From the NCBI GenBank assembly GCA_000002435.2, contig CM018791.1: a DNA stretch of 64,000 nucleotides. One strand, given 5' to 3'. The position numbers and the translations under genes were made by a program. The DNA comes from Giardia intestinalis. Its lineage: Eukaryota. The notes under the pieces were generated by a model. It did not search any database, was not told the origin of the DNA, and worked only from the letters and a program-made list of their open reading frames with translations. Positions 10,313 to 20,546 of this stretch are shown here, piece by piece; positions within the stretch are counted from its first letter, which is position 1; each line of letters opens with the position of its first letter.

Positions 10313-11218
10313 ATGTCCCTCACTGTATCCGACCTCACCACGGAGCTGAAGAAGATTATAGATAGCAAAAACGAGTCCGCTCTTGTCCAGTTGACTTCGC
10401 AGTATGCGTCGAAGCACCGAGATAAGGTTGTAATTAACTACAAGTCCATCTATGGGATGTACCCTGCCGATGCAATCAAGAAAGCTCTAAAGTCAGGGCC
10501 TGCTGAAACGCTTCTGATGTATGCGTGGACAGATGCACAGGAGGTGCGTGCACGCCTACTCAACCAGGCCCTCAGTGGCAAGAACAACAAGTCTGCACTG
10601 ATAGACGTCGTCCTCTTTTGCGGCCCAGAAGACTGGTACGAGATGGGAGCACACTACACGCGCATATTTCAGAAAGTGGCCAACGACACCCTGCTCAGTG
10701 ATATCGGCAGCTCTGAGCCGTGGTCGCAACTCATCAAGGGGTGGATCAAACACGACAGATACGAGCGCAAGGCTATTAGTGAGGATGCCGCGGCGCTCAT
10801 GGGCTACTTGGAATCTGGCAACCCCGATGGCCTGATCGATCTCCTGTGCAACACCACAGAGGGAGAGTGGAAAAAGATAAATAAGGTGTTCACAGAGAAG
10901 TACGGCGTCGAGGTGGAGACCCTTATTGCGTCCAACTACGTGAAGACAGACATGGAGGCCCTGCTTACCGCCCACTTCTACCTGCTACAGCCCGGCTATG
11001 CCGCTGCCTACCTATGCTCCCTCGCCAACTCTGGCAAAAAGGGCGATAGTGACCGGATGGTTCGCATCACCTCTCTTATGTTCGACAAGGCATTAAAGTG
11101 TAAGTTTGCGTATGAAAAGTACGGCAAGCTCGGCTCAGACTTTAAGCGCCTCTACGACGCCCGTCTCGGGCGAGCTCTTTGTGCACTTTGGCGTGTTGAC
11201 ACCGAAGGCGCAAACTAA
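10313..11218 (+). CDS. alpha-giardin (annexin-like cytoskeletal protein)
   Basis: 301 aa, alignable over its whole length with the other alpha-giardins in this window. The family C-terminus is conserved ([21 protein letters not shown]...LWRV). ATG at 10313. Confidence 0.9.
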
Positions 11219-11269
11219 AGCGTGCATTTAACAGGTGTGAATTAATAATCGGCTTTTCACTGTCCGTCA

Positions 11270-12307
11270 ATGCCTGTTCTGACCCCCATAGGCGAGCTGG
11301 CAGAGAGTCTCTACAATGCGCTTAACCTCGTAGATTTTCAGGGAGCCGTAGCACTGGGATCAAGGTATCCGGCAGACCAAAGGGACAAGGTCCTTCCGCT
11401 GTTCATCACGAGGTATGGCGAGCTGCCCTCTGATATGATAGATAGGCTTTTTAAGCCACCGCAGAGAACAATCCTTGCTTATCTGTGGTCTCAGAAGCAC
11501 GAGGTGCGGGCGGCAATCCTTCTAAATGCAATCCGCACTTCGGATTATTCTACCATGATAGATCTGATTTTTCTTTCGTCGCACTCTGACTGGGAGTCTA
11601 TCCGCACACACTACACCAAAATGTGCGGTAGACAACTTGATGCCGATATCATCGGCAGCGTCAAGCCGAGTAAAAAGGAGGCTGCCCCAATATGGCCAGC
11701 TCTTGCCGAGGCCTGGCTACGTGGGACGCGTTCTGAGCGATACAATCCAGCAAACGAATCAGTACAGCTGGTGAATGCCATCAAACGGAAGGATTTCTCT
11801 GCCATAATATGGCTGATTGCCAATACGGTGTCCAGCGAGTGGGAAAAGATCGTTGCCATTACAGAGGAGGCCCTTGGGAGTACCCTTGAGGAGTTCTTTC
11901 TATGCAATCTTTCGTACGCAGATTGTGCGGCTTTCAGCATGGGTACAGGCGCTTTGATTAATCCCGGCCTTGGGGCAGCATTCGCCATATCCCGGGCCTG
12001 CTTTACGAATTACGAAGGAAAAGGGAAAGACACCCCCAAGGTGGAAAGGTCGGCCTCCAGACAGATGAAGGGATCAAAAAAGTTGAAAACTGGTACAATA
12101 AAGTTCGAGGAGACCCGCTCTTCCAAGAAGGGTGCAGAGTACAAGGGAGATGTGTCCCGACTAATCCGTGTATCGTCTCTCTTCTTCGACTCTTGTAATA
12201 AATGTAAGTTCTTCTATCGCAAGTACGGATCACTAGCAGCAGATCTGCGCTCTGGATTCGCGCCACCTTTATGCGAGGCCTTCATGCGGCTCTGGGATGT
12301 GGATTAG
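11270..12307 (+). CDS. alpha-giardin-like protein with a lysine-rich insertion in the last annexin repeat
   Basis: Same architecture as the neighbouring gene (…IRVSSLFFDSCNKCKFFYRKYG…LWDVD). It is about 40 aa longer because of the insert NYEGKGKDTPKVERSASRQMKGSKKLKTGTIKFEETRSSKKGAEYKG (about 12006-12150). Confidence 0.85.
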   Translation: MPVLTPIGELAESLYNALNLVDFQGAVALGSRYPADQRDKVLPLFITRYGELPSDMIDRLFKPPQRTILAYLWSQKHEVRAAILLNAIRTSDYSTMIDLIFLSSHSDWESIRTHYTKMCGRQLDADIIGSVKPSKKEAAPIWPALAEAWLRGTRSERYNPANESVQLVNAIKRKDFSAIIWLIANTVSSEWEKIVAITEEALGSTLEEFFLCNLSYADCAAFSMGTGALINPGLGAAFAISRACFTNYEGKGKDTPKVERSASRQMKGSKKLKTGTIKFEETRSSKKGAEYKGDVSRLIRVSSLFFDSCNKCKFFYRKYGSLAADLRSGFAPPLCEAFMRLWDVD

Positions 12308-12353
12308 TGCTTCGCTGTTAAACAGGGTAAACTGACGGACTTTAAAATTTTGG

Positions 12354-15300
12354 ATGCCCGCTCCGGTCTACTCTCACCAGCTAGACCGTGCACAGCCAGC
12401 GCAAAATGGAACACACTATCATCCATATGCAAAAGATGATAACATTCGCATTGAAGATCTCCAACAGCCGTCTGTTCAACTTCAGGGCAGAGATAACTAT
12501 GCAAATTTGCAGTCCATGAATGATGATCTAATGGCTTGCATATCAAACTCAGAATACACTCTAAGCAGTATTAGGCGTGACATGCAGAATCAAGCAAGGG
12601 CTTTGGGTACTAAGGCCAGCGTAAATCCAGAACTCAACGGTACTTCAAGTCCACAACAGCTAGGCCTTTCTAGGGGAGCGTCTCGCGGCGTCTCAGCAAC
12701 AACACCATCTAGACGCTACCATGACCAGGCCGACCCTCGTCCCATAGTTAGAGAGCGGCCCATGTCAGCTGACTCTGTGCGGTCTAACCTGGGCATCGCA
12801 ACCACAGAGAGCAGTGATCTCGAGGATCTGTTCATGCTTACCCCTCGATCATATGGTGTACTGGCCTCACAGCAGCCGGATTTTGCGTCATCACAGCACA
12901 TTCAGCAACGCGGGCATCGAGTTGCCAACAACAAGGATCTGTCACAGTACTATGAGGAGATAGACGCCGTAACAGCATTCAACGAGGGAATCATGCGTGA
13001 GAAGGCAGTTACAATAGATGCGTTAGAAAGGAACCTCAAGACTCTGAAGGTGGAACTAAACATAAAGGACAGGGAGATGGCTGCTGCAAGAGAACGGATA
13101 GCAGAGCTTGTTAAGGAGGTTACAGAGCGTGACAGCGAGATAAAAGGCCTCAAACATAAATTAGAAAATGTTAAACACAACGCAGAGCGGTTTATTCTGG
13201 CACGCGATGAGGAGATCGCACGTTTGGCTGAGGAGCTGGAGCAGATGGATGAGCACTATCAGCAGAAGATGAAATTGAAAGACTCTAAGCTCCACGCACA
13301 GCACGAAGAGCTAGTTCTTTTAACTGCTAAGGATGATGAAATAGCAGGACTTAGAAGCAAGCTATCGGTCCTTACAGAGCAGCTAGAGCACACAGAAAAC
13401 ACGTTTAAGGCAATAGTCAAGAGCAAAGATGAGCAGATAGAGACGCTGAAGGCCGATGTTCATGCTAAGCGTGACTATAGCCTTGAGCTCCAGCGCATCC
13501 ACGAAAGTCTATCTCAAGTTCGCAAGGACTGTGAGGAGCAGTTGCATCAGAAAGATGCCGAACTTTCCAAGCAGCGGGAGCAAGTGGAGACTGCTGAGAA
13601 GGAAAGGAGTTTGCTAGAAAATGAAGTTACTTCACTAAAGGCCATTGTAGAAAAGCAGGAGGATCTGGTTATCAAGCTCAAGGGGCAATTGGAGCGCAGT
13701 AATCCAGACGTTGAGCGACTGCAGCAGGAGCTCGATACTCTTCGAATAGAGTCACAGAAGGCTATTTCGGCCAAGGTCATAGAAGCTGAAGAGTTGAAGA
13801 GCAAGATTCACACATTAACGACTGAAATGCTCATGCTACCGACGCAGGAAGATATCCTTGAGGCACGAAACGAGGTTTCCAAGGTCACTGCATCTATGGC
13901 TGCCATGATTAAGACAAAAGATGCAGAGATCCTCAGTCTGAGGAGAAAGCTTGAAGACTATGTTGAACTATCGGAAGTTCAGCGACTGAAGGGAGAGCTT
14001 ACTCTTTCTAAGGCAGCGCTGGCAGATACCATTGTACAGAAGACGGCAGAAATCAGAGACTTGAAAGAGGAGATGGCAATTCTTCAAATCGATGAACATG
14101 CATCTGGAGCTCCTTCTGATGGTGGCAGCTTTGATGACAAGTTAAAGGACTTGGAGTCTAGTCAGAATGCGCTCGAAGTATCACTAGGCACGCAAGTTGA
14201 ACTAGGAGCGCTAAAGCGAATTTATAAGGAGGCGATGCTCGCCAGGGACCACCAGATTAAAACTCTTTCCCAGAGGATCAATGACGCAGACGCAGAGCTT
14301 GCCACTTATCGTGAGCGCATTGCTCATCTTGAAAGCACCTCGAAGGAAGCGCCCCATATGCAAGAACGTCCTGCTACAGATTCTGCTTCACCAGCCATCC
14401 ACGACCTGAGAAGCGAACTACAAAGCGTTAAGGACGCCATGGCTGCTGCAATGGTCCGTAATATGCGAGAAGTGGCTACCCTAGAACACCAAATAAACCA
14501 ACTGAAAGGTGAGAATGAGTCACTAAGGATAAAGAGGGACGATACCGTGGAGACTGTATCAATAGGCATCTGTTGTGAGCCTGAGGAGCAGAACGGTCGC
14601 GTGTCCTTTGAAGCGAGATATGCAAAATGTAGTCAGGAAAATGAGCGCCTCTCCAATGAGCTTCAGCTTATTGCACAGGAGCTGGCTAAGACACGGACGG
14701 CGTATTCAGACGTCATGAAGCAACTCAGCGGTCTGAACACAGAGCTGCTAATCACAAGAAACCAGGCTAGCGACGCGCTCAACACTCAGGCCCTTCTGGA
14801 GTCTACTCTGCAGGAGTATGAAAGGGAGGTAAGGACGCTGCGCGGTAGTCTTGAGAGCTCACTCCAGCAAAACAGAGAAGCCGATAGTGTCAACACTAAG
14901 TTGCAGGAGAGCCTCTCAGAGTCCCAGCTCTACGATCTTCAGCAAAAACTAGAGAAGTCACAGGCAGATTTAGAGCGACTGCGGGACGACTATAGCACCA
15001 TGCAAGCAACTAAGGATATGGTCATTCACAAGATCTCATCAGAGGTTATCCATCAACGCGAAATGGTTGACTTAGCCGGAGAAGACATGAACAGAAGGCT
15101 AAAGGAGGCCGAGGAAACAGTAGAAAGGCTCAATAACGAGCTTCTGACACAAAAAGAGGAGTTTGTGACGGTCGTGACAGATCTAGAACAGCAAGTGGAG
15201 AAGCTAAGCGCAGAATTACAAGGATCTCGTGAGTCTAATGAAGCCCTGATTGCACGGATGATGCGTGACATTACAGGCCTAGAAAAGGAGCGTAGCGATT

Positions 15301-17567
15301 TGGAGTCACAGCTGGAGACGGCGAAAGCCACATCCACGACTATTATAAAGGGCCTAGAAGATCAGGTGGCACAGTATGAGCAGAGGATTACAGACTCTCA
15401 ACAGGCTACCATGACCTCACAGAGCTCTGATAGACAACTTATCGAGGCCCTCACTGCTGAGCTATTCACAAACAAAGAGAAGGCCAATAAGACCATAAGT
15501 GATCTTACGGACAAGCTGAATGAGTTGCAAGAGAGGCTGAACGAGGAGAAAGAGGCAAGTGTGATCACTGTAACGCGCCTAACCAGCCAAAATAGCAATC
15601 TCATGTCTGCGACATCTAATCTTACCAAAGAATTGGAAATAACAAAAGAGTCTCTCCGCACAGTTACAGAAGAGTTGACCGGACAGATGTCAAAGATACA
15701 GCTTGATGCCAAGGAGCGAGAGCAGCTGCTTCAAAGCAAGCTTGACGAGGTTACAGCTGAAGCCGAAGCAGCTGCTATGCGCCTTCACGAGCAAGTGACT
15801 CAAAAGGACAGCGAGATAAGACAGCTTACCGATGCGCTAGCTGAGTCTGCTCTACATTTGGAGAAATTAGACACAGAGAGCAAGCAAACGATATCACAAC
15901 TAGTCAGCGAGCTGGCGGAGGCACGGGAAACCATCCAGTTCATTGAGCAAAAAAACCAGCGGGATATGTCCGAAATCAGAAACAGCATTGCTACCTTCAA
16001 GGAGACAACTATAGAGTCTCAAAGGCAACACGCTTTAGATCTAGAGCATAAGGACGCAACGATCGCGCAGTTATCCAATGAACTAGAAAGCATCAAGCAA
16101 GCCATGGAATCTGCTAATTCAGCGCATCAAGCAGTGCTTGAAAAGGTAATGAAAGAGTCTGGCGAGTTAGCTCTTCAAAACAGCAAGTTGAAGACTGAAA
16201 TCCGAGAGCTACATGAACAGTTTGCCAAGACTAATGAAGAGGCTCAGCTGGCCTTTCGTGATCAAATGGAAGGAGCTGATGTGAGAATAGGAGAGCTTCG
16301 GGCACAGGTGGAAGCACTTCAAAAGGATCTGGAGAAGATGACGGTTTCGCGAGACGTCCTCTTAGATAAGCTTTCAGCAACGCATACGAAGAACGAGACG
16401 GATTCGGTAAAGCAAGGAGTTCCTGACTACGATGCCCTATTGAGCATGAGCCAAAGTATTCTCAGCAAAGACGAAGAGATCACGACCCTACGCTCACAAG
16501 TAGAGCTCATGAATAGTAAGCTTATAGCCGAAGAGGAAAATAACAAAAGGGTTGTTGACCACCTGCAAGGAGCAATAGAAGTCATGAACACTCAATACGA
16601 GGAGCTCAGAAGCATGAAGGACTCTGTTATAGAACGGTTGACCCGCCAGGTGAGGAGCACCAGCTCACGAATGCCATCCAGACCAGATTCTGCTGCATCC
16701 TCGAGGCGGGGGTCCTCTGTTGTCAACGAAGCAGATCACAATAAGAAAATTCACGCTTTAACAAAGGAATTGAAGGAGGCCAAGGAGATCTTTATGTACA
16801 CTGTTAGTATGAAAAATGATGAGATAGAACGCCTGAAGGAACAGCTAAAAGAAAAGGAGGAATTCATAATGAGCTTGTCTGTGGGCAGTGTGCTTGCAGA
16901 AAGCTCAAGAAGGCCAACCGAGGAGCTTCTAGAGATCAAGCGTGGGATAAAAGAAAGCGCTTTTCACGCAGAGGATATTTCATGGGAACTTGAGGATTTG
17001 CAGCGGCAAAACTTAGAATTACGCGCCGAGATAGCAGCGCTTACAGAGAAGCAGGCCCTTGTTCCCGAAGCGTCAACACCACGAGGAATCACCGATATAA
17101 CTGGGTCCGCTCAGTCTGCTATGTGTAGCGCCTCCATGGTTGACTCGCTTGCAGCGCTTCACGCGGACCTGAAAGCAAAGGATGAAACAATCCTCAGTCT
17201 ACAAGGTAAGCTCGCGATGGCGCAAGAGGAGCGAGAGGCGAAGCTTACCCAATTGTCGAGAGAACTGGAGCAAACAAAAAGAGCTTTGAGGGACAAGGTT
17301 GATGAGATTGTTAACCTATTAGCTATCATAGACCGTGTGAAAACAGAGTATGAGAATTACCGGGCAAGTACCGCCGTTGAGCTTTCCGGGCTCCGAACTG
17401 CGTTAGAAAAGTATCGAGGAAGTAAAGAAATAGATGCTTCTGATGTACGGATAGCTGAGCTGGAGGCAGCACTGGAAGCAGCTAAAGAGCAACTTAGCGA
17501 GGTTCTAAAGACTAAAAATGAAGAAATCGAACAACTAAGCATTCGGCTCGCAGCTAGAAGTATTTAG
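12354..17567 (+). CDS. Giant coiled-coil protein (1737 aa)
   Basis: Uninterrupted ORF with ATG behind tttaaaattttgg. Heptad-rich E/K/L/Q composition throughout. The Ser-rich antisense ORFs are compositional artefacts. Confidence 0.85.
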   Translation: MPAPVYSHQLDRAQPAQNGTHYHPYAKDDNIRIEDLQQPSVQLQGRDNYANLQSMNDDLMACISNSEYTLSSIRRDMQNQARALGTKASVNPELNGTSSPQQLGLSRGASRGVSATTPSRRYHDQADPRPIVRERPMSADSVRSNLGIATTESSDLEDLFMLTPRSYGVLASQQPDFASSQHIQQRGHRVANNKDLSQYYEEIDAVTAFNEGIMREKAVTIDALERNLKTLKVELNIKDREMAAARERIAELVKEVTERDSEIKGLKHKLENVKHNAERFILARDEEIARLAEELEQMDEHYQQKMKLKDSKLHAQHEELVLLTAKDDEIAGLRSKLSVLTEQLEHTENTFKAIVKSKDEQIETLKADVHAKRDYSLELQRIHESLSQVRKDCEEQLHQKDAELSKQREQVETAEKERSLLENEVTSLKAIVEKQEDLVIKLKGQLERSNPDVERLQQELDTLRIESQKAISAKVIEAEELKSKIHTLTTEMLMLPTQEDILEARNEVSKVTASMAAMIKTKDAEILSLRRKLEDYVELSEVQRLKGELTLSKAALADTIVQKTAEIRDLKEEMAILQIDEHASGAPSDGGSFDDKLKDLESSQNALEVSLGTQVELGALKRIYKEAMLARDHQIKTLSQRINDADAELATYRERIAHLESTSKEAPHMQERPATDSASPAIHDLRSELQSVKDAMAAAMVRNMREVATLEHQINQLKGENESLRIKRDDTVETVSIGICCEPEEQNGRVSFEARYAKCSQENERLSNELQLIAQELAKTRTAYSDVMKQLSGLNTELLITRNQASDALNTQALLESTLQEYEREVRTLRGSLESSLQQNREADSVNTKLQESLSESQLYDLQQKLEKSQADLERLRDDYSTMQATKDMVIHKISSEVIHQREMVDLAGEDMNRRLKEAEETVERLNNELLTQKEEFVTVVTDLEQQVEKLSAELQGSRESNEALIARMMRDITGLEKERSDLESQLETAKATSTTIIKGLEDQVAQYEQRITDSQQATMTSQSSDRQLIEALTAELFTNKEKANKTISDLTDKLNELQERLNEEKEASVITVTRLTSQNSNLMSATSNLTKELEITKESLRTVTEELTGQMSKIQLDAKEREQLLQSKLDEVTAEAEAAAMRLHEQVTQKDSEIRQLTDALAESALHLEKLDTESKQTISQLVSELAEARETIQFIEQKNQRDMSEIRNSIATFKETTIESQRQHALDLEHKDATIAQLSNELESIKQAMESANSAHQAVLEKVMKESGELALQNSKLKTEIRELHEQFAKTNEEAQLAFRDQMEGADVRIGELRAQVEALQKDLEKMTVSRDVLLDKLSATHTKNETDSVKQGVPDYDALLSMSQSILSKDEEITTLRSQVELMNSKLIAEEENNKRVVDHLQGAIEVMNTQYEELRSMKDSVIERLTRQVRSTSSRMPSRPDSAASSRRGSSVVNEADHNKKIHALTKELKEAKEIFMYTVSMKNDEIERLKEQLKEKEEFIMSLSVGSVLAESSRRPTEELLEIKRGIKESAFHAEDISWELEDLQRQNLELRAEIAALTEKQALVPEASTPRGITDITGSAQSAMCSASMVDSLAALHADLKAKDETILSLQGKLAMAQEEREAKLTQLSRELEQTKRALRDKVDEIVNLLAIIDRVKTEYENYRASTAVELSGLRTALEKYRGSKEIDASDVRIAELEAALEAAKEQLSEVLKTKNEEIEQLSIRLAARSI

Positions 17568-17572
17568 ACCAC

Positions 17573-18535
17573 TTAAGATATTCCTTCAACCTTATGAGAG
17601 ATGAATCCAGACTTGCAGCATGGACAGACTGCACGATCGGTAACTGATTCATAGACATCTAAGCAGTTACTATGGAATAAGGCACTACAACAAGAAACAG
17701 TTGAGACTGTGCAAGAGTCTTTCTCGGAGTCTGATGCTAGACTGATGAACGGTCCCTTGTATTCAAAGCTTTCAAAGCAGATGGGACATGCCATACTTTG
17801 ACGTTGACGTGTCTTCTCAATAACAGAGATCCAGTTGACTGCACGTGTGGCCATGAATGCTTCGAAGAGATCGTTAGTCTCATCTATTTCCTTTTGCAAG
17901 CGCCCTAACTCGCTGTCTAGCTTAACTCTTTGAGTAAGCAAGTAAGAATTCATATTATCTGCAGCGTGCTCTAGCTCTGCAACCAGAGCCCCTGTACTGC
18001 GCTTGCGAAGGGCTCTGTAACAGCGGCGTCCAAAATATCCCCGTATTGCTGCCTGGATGTCTCTGGCTGCTGAGATGCACATGTATGATTTCAAAAAGGA
18101 AGATTCGCGCATATTAGCAGGTGTCATACAAACTGGGCAACACCACCGAGCCTTCGACTGGGTCATCCAATTTACGAAGCACTCCTTATGAACTGCATGG
18201 CTGCAAGAAGAACATAGCATTTCAGAAGAGCCGAAGCGCTGAAGACATATAGGACAATGCCGTTCTTCCCGGACGATCCACTTTAATTCAGCTCTCCTCC
18301 ACTCTTCATCGGTCAATGGGGGAGGAAGAGTAGACGGCACAAGCTTCATGCGCTCTGCCCGCGTGCTTGGAGCTTGGCTATCGGTTGTAAACCTTGCTTT
18401 TTGGACAACACTGAAGCCTGGCTTCAGACCCATCTTGTGGAGATTATGAGACATCAGCGCTGATGATGCAGTGGCGACAGACCCTGACAAGCTTTTCAGG
18501 AGTTTCTGGGTAGAGAAGGATAAAGTAGGCCGCAT
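17573..18535 (-). CDS. Double RING-finger protein with an IQ motif
   Basis: Contains a RING-H2 pattern (CPICLQRF…CSHAVHKEC…CCPVC), a canonical IQ motif (IQAAIRGYFGRRCYRALRK) and a second C-terminal RING-like Cys cluster (CPICFESF…HSNC…CPCC). Its stop lies 5 bp from the convergent coiled-coil gene's stop. Confidence 0.8.
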   Translation of the reverse strand: MRPTLSFSTQKLLKSLSGSVATASSALMSHNLHKMGLKPGFSVVQKARFTTDSQAPSTRAERMKLVPSTLPPPLTDEEWRRAELKWIVREERHCPICLQRFGSSEMLCSSCSHAVHKECFVNWMTQSKARWCCPVCMTPANMRESSFLKSYMCISAARDIQAAIRGYFGRRCYRALRKRSTGALVAELEHAADNMNSYLLTQRVKLDSELGRLQKEIDETNDLFEAFMATRAVNWISVIEKTRQRQSMACPICFESFEYKGPFISLASDSEKDSCTVSTVSCCSALFHSNCLDVYESVTDRAVCPCCKSGFISHKVEGIS

Positions 18536-19623
18536 GAAATGCCCGATTTGTTAATATTTACTATTACGCAAAATATACAGGAACAAAGATGGTCCCCTTG
18601 AAGAGGCCAGTGAAGAAGATAGTTCCCTCCCTGCCCACAGAGTCTACGTGACGCTACGGGCTCTTATTGCTGAAGTACTTGCTGACTAATTAAACTAAGC
18701 TCTTTGATAGAAAATAGATCATCGCACTACATAGGAGAATTGCATGCACAATAGCCTTACCGGCAGATAGGTAAAAAGCGAATGAAAAATTGTATTGTAC
18801 TATGAGCCAAACTTTATCTTATAAAGATTGAGGAATCCCAGGTAATATATAACGGTTTGAATGCCAGCAAGATTCGCGACCGCAGAGCACACTGCAATCT
18901 GGCGACTGGTTTGGCCATGCCGCTTCTTTATCCGTTAGAAACTCGGCTGGGAGCGACAAAGAGCACGTCGGGAGAACCCGGTGGGAGGGGACAGGCGGGG
19001 CTTTCTGCGCCACGGGGGGAACCACCGCAGGAGGACGTGCAGGCACGCAAGCCAGGCCACAGTAGACACGCGGGCGCCCCTGTAGACCGGGCCGGCAGCA
19101 GGCGTCCGTAGAATCCGCGCCAGAGCCAGCTGCTCAAAAAACTGGGCAGCCCCTGGTCGTGTGCAAGCCTTGCAGAGCACTGCGGCCCCCGACACTCGGC
19201 GACCCCTCTCAGAGCGGAAGACCCCGCGGGCCGCAGGCAGCAGCTCGTCGTCGGCGATGCCCCGAACGAGGGGGACGGCCCCAGCCTGCCCGCCTCCGCA
19301 GAGCTCCGGGTATCTGTAGACAAACCGGGGCTGCGCAGGGTGCGGCTCTCCCTGGCGGCCGAGGGCAGGGGTCCCCGGCAATACCAAAAAACTCCGATCA
19401 ATACATCAGCCCCGGCGCCGCCGTGTGCAAAGCAGTCTGTTCTGTGTGGCGGCCCAAGCCAGCTCGTACTGCGGCGATGGCCCGGGTGAGGGCGCCCTGC
19501 TCGCCCGACGGACCGGGGCAGGCAGGCAACAAACACCCGCTAAAGCTTTTATGCAAGGCCTGTACATATTTAATTTCACATTATTCGTTGGTCTGTTTTT
19601 AGTTTTATCGCTGCTTCTATCGG

Positions 19624-20433
19624 ATGGGCTCTGGGGCAATGACGGCGGAGACGCGCGCCTCCGTTCTGCTCGAGCTCGCGAAGCAGGTCGTCGCTGCCCG
19701 GCGGCTGGGAGAGACGGCCGAGAGCCTCGCGCGGCGGCCGCTGCTCCTCCACCGGCACGTGCTCCGGACGGCCATCGACTGGAAGAAGATCGCCCGCGCC
19801 CTGTCCGAGGACCGGAGCAGGATCTACCACTGGTACCGCGAGACGCACTCGCGGAGCATCCTCAACGTGAAGATGACCGGCGAGGACCGCAGGGCCATCA
19901 AGGCGATGATCATCGCCGGGGTCAGGGACCGGAGCGTCCTGGGCCCGGACTTCTACCGCAGGGTCCACGAGCGCTTCGGGGCGAAGTATCCGCGCCAGGA
20001 GCTGCGGATGACGTACAACAACGCGCTCCGCACCCAGGACGTCCGCGCCGCCCTGGAGGAGCACGGGGTGGTGCTGCCGCGCCGCACATACGGCCCGAGG
20101 GCGGCCAGGCAGGAGGAGGAGGCATCTCCTGTGGCGGCCACTCCCCCGCCCCCCTGCGTTTTTGGTTGCGCCGCGCCTCCGCTGGTGCCGCCCGTCGGGG
20201 GGCCGGTCTTTGTGGTCCCGGGCGCGGTCTCTGCGCTTCTGCCCCCGCACGCGCCGGGGTGCCTCGTCCTCGCCCTCCCACCCGGGGTCGTTCCTGGGCC
20301 CGGCGTCCTCCCGCTCCAGACGGGCCAGGGCCTCCTTGGGCCGCCCGTTGCCTTCGCGTGCGTGCCATGCTTCCCCCCTGCGGGCTACGGGGGCGTCCCT
20401 GGGTGCGCTGATGCGAGCCCCAGTAAGGGTTGA
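19624..20433 (+). CDS. Arm gene, copy 1: Myb/SANT-like helix-turn-helix protein with a proline-rich C-terminal tail (269 aa)
   Basis: The ATG is preceded by the only A/T-rich block in this part of the arm (19560-19623, catatttaatttcacattattcg…). Codon third positions are almost all G/C in this frame only. About 40% identity by eye over ~100 aa with the gene at 53268..54242 (IDWKKIARAL..YHWYRETH / MTGEDRRAI / RMTYNNALRTQDVRAAL). In both, exactly 50 residues precede the conserved W. Confidence 0.7.
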   Translation: MGSGAMTAETRASVLLELAKQVVAARRLGETAESLARRPLLLHRHVLRTAIDWKKIARALSEDRSRIYHWYRETHSRSILNVKMTGEDRRAIKAMIIAGVRDRSVLGPDFYRRVHERFGAKYPRQELRMTYNNALRTQDVRAALEEHGVVLPRRTYGPRAARQEEEASPVAATPPPPCVFGCAAPPLVPPVGGPVFVVPGAVSALLPPHAPGCLVLALPPGVVPGPGVLPLQTGQGLLGPPVAFACVPCFPPAGYGGVPGCADASPSKG

Positions 20434-20546
20434 GGACTGGAGAACCCGGCTTGCTTGACGATTGTCGAAGAGTGGCCGGCAGGAACAGCCGATGGTTGGA
20501 TCCCTGATCAGTGACGAGACAGTTATATCTAGAGCGTGTAGCATGC

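Noticed and set aside
12716-17542. Many 60-105-aa Ser/Phe/Leu-rich antisense ORFs inside the three giant coiled-coil genes (also within 33038..37413 and 46572..48646)
   Set aside because: The reverse complement of GAG/AAG/CTT-rich coiled-coil coding sequence is naturally stop-poor. These ORFs have no independent support.
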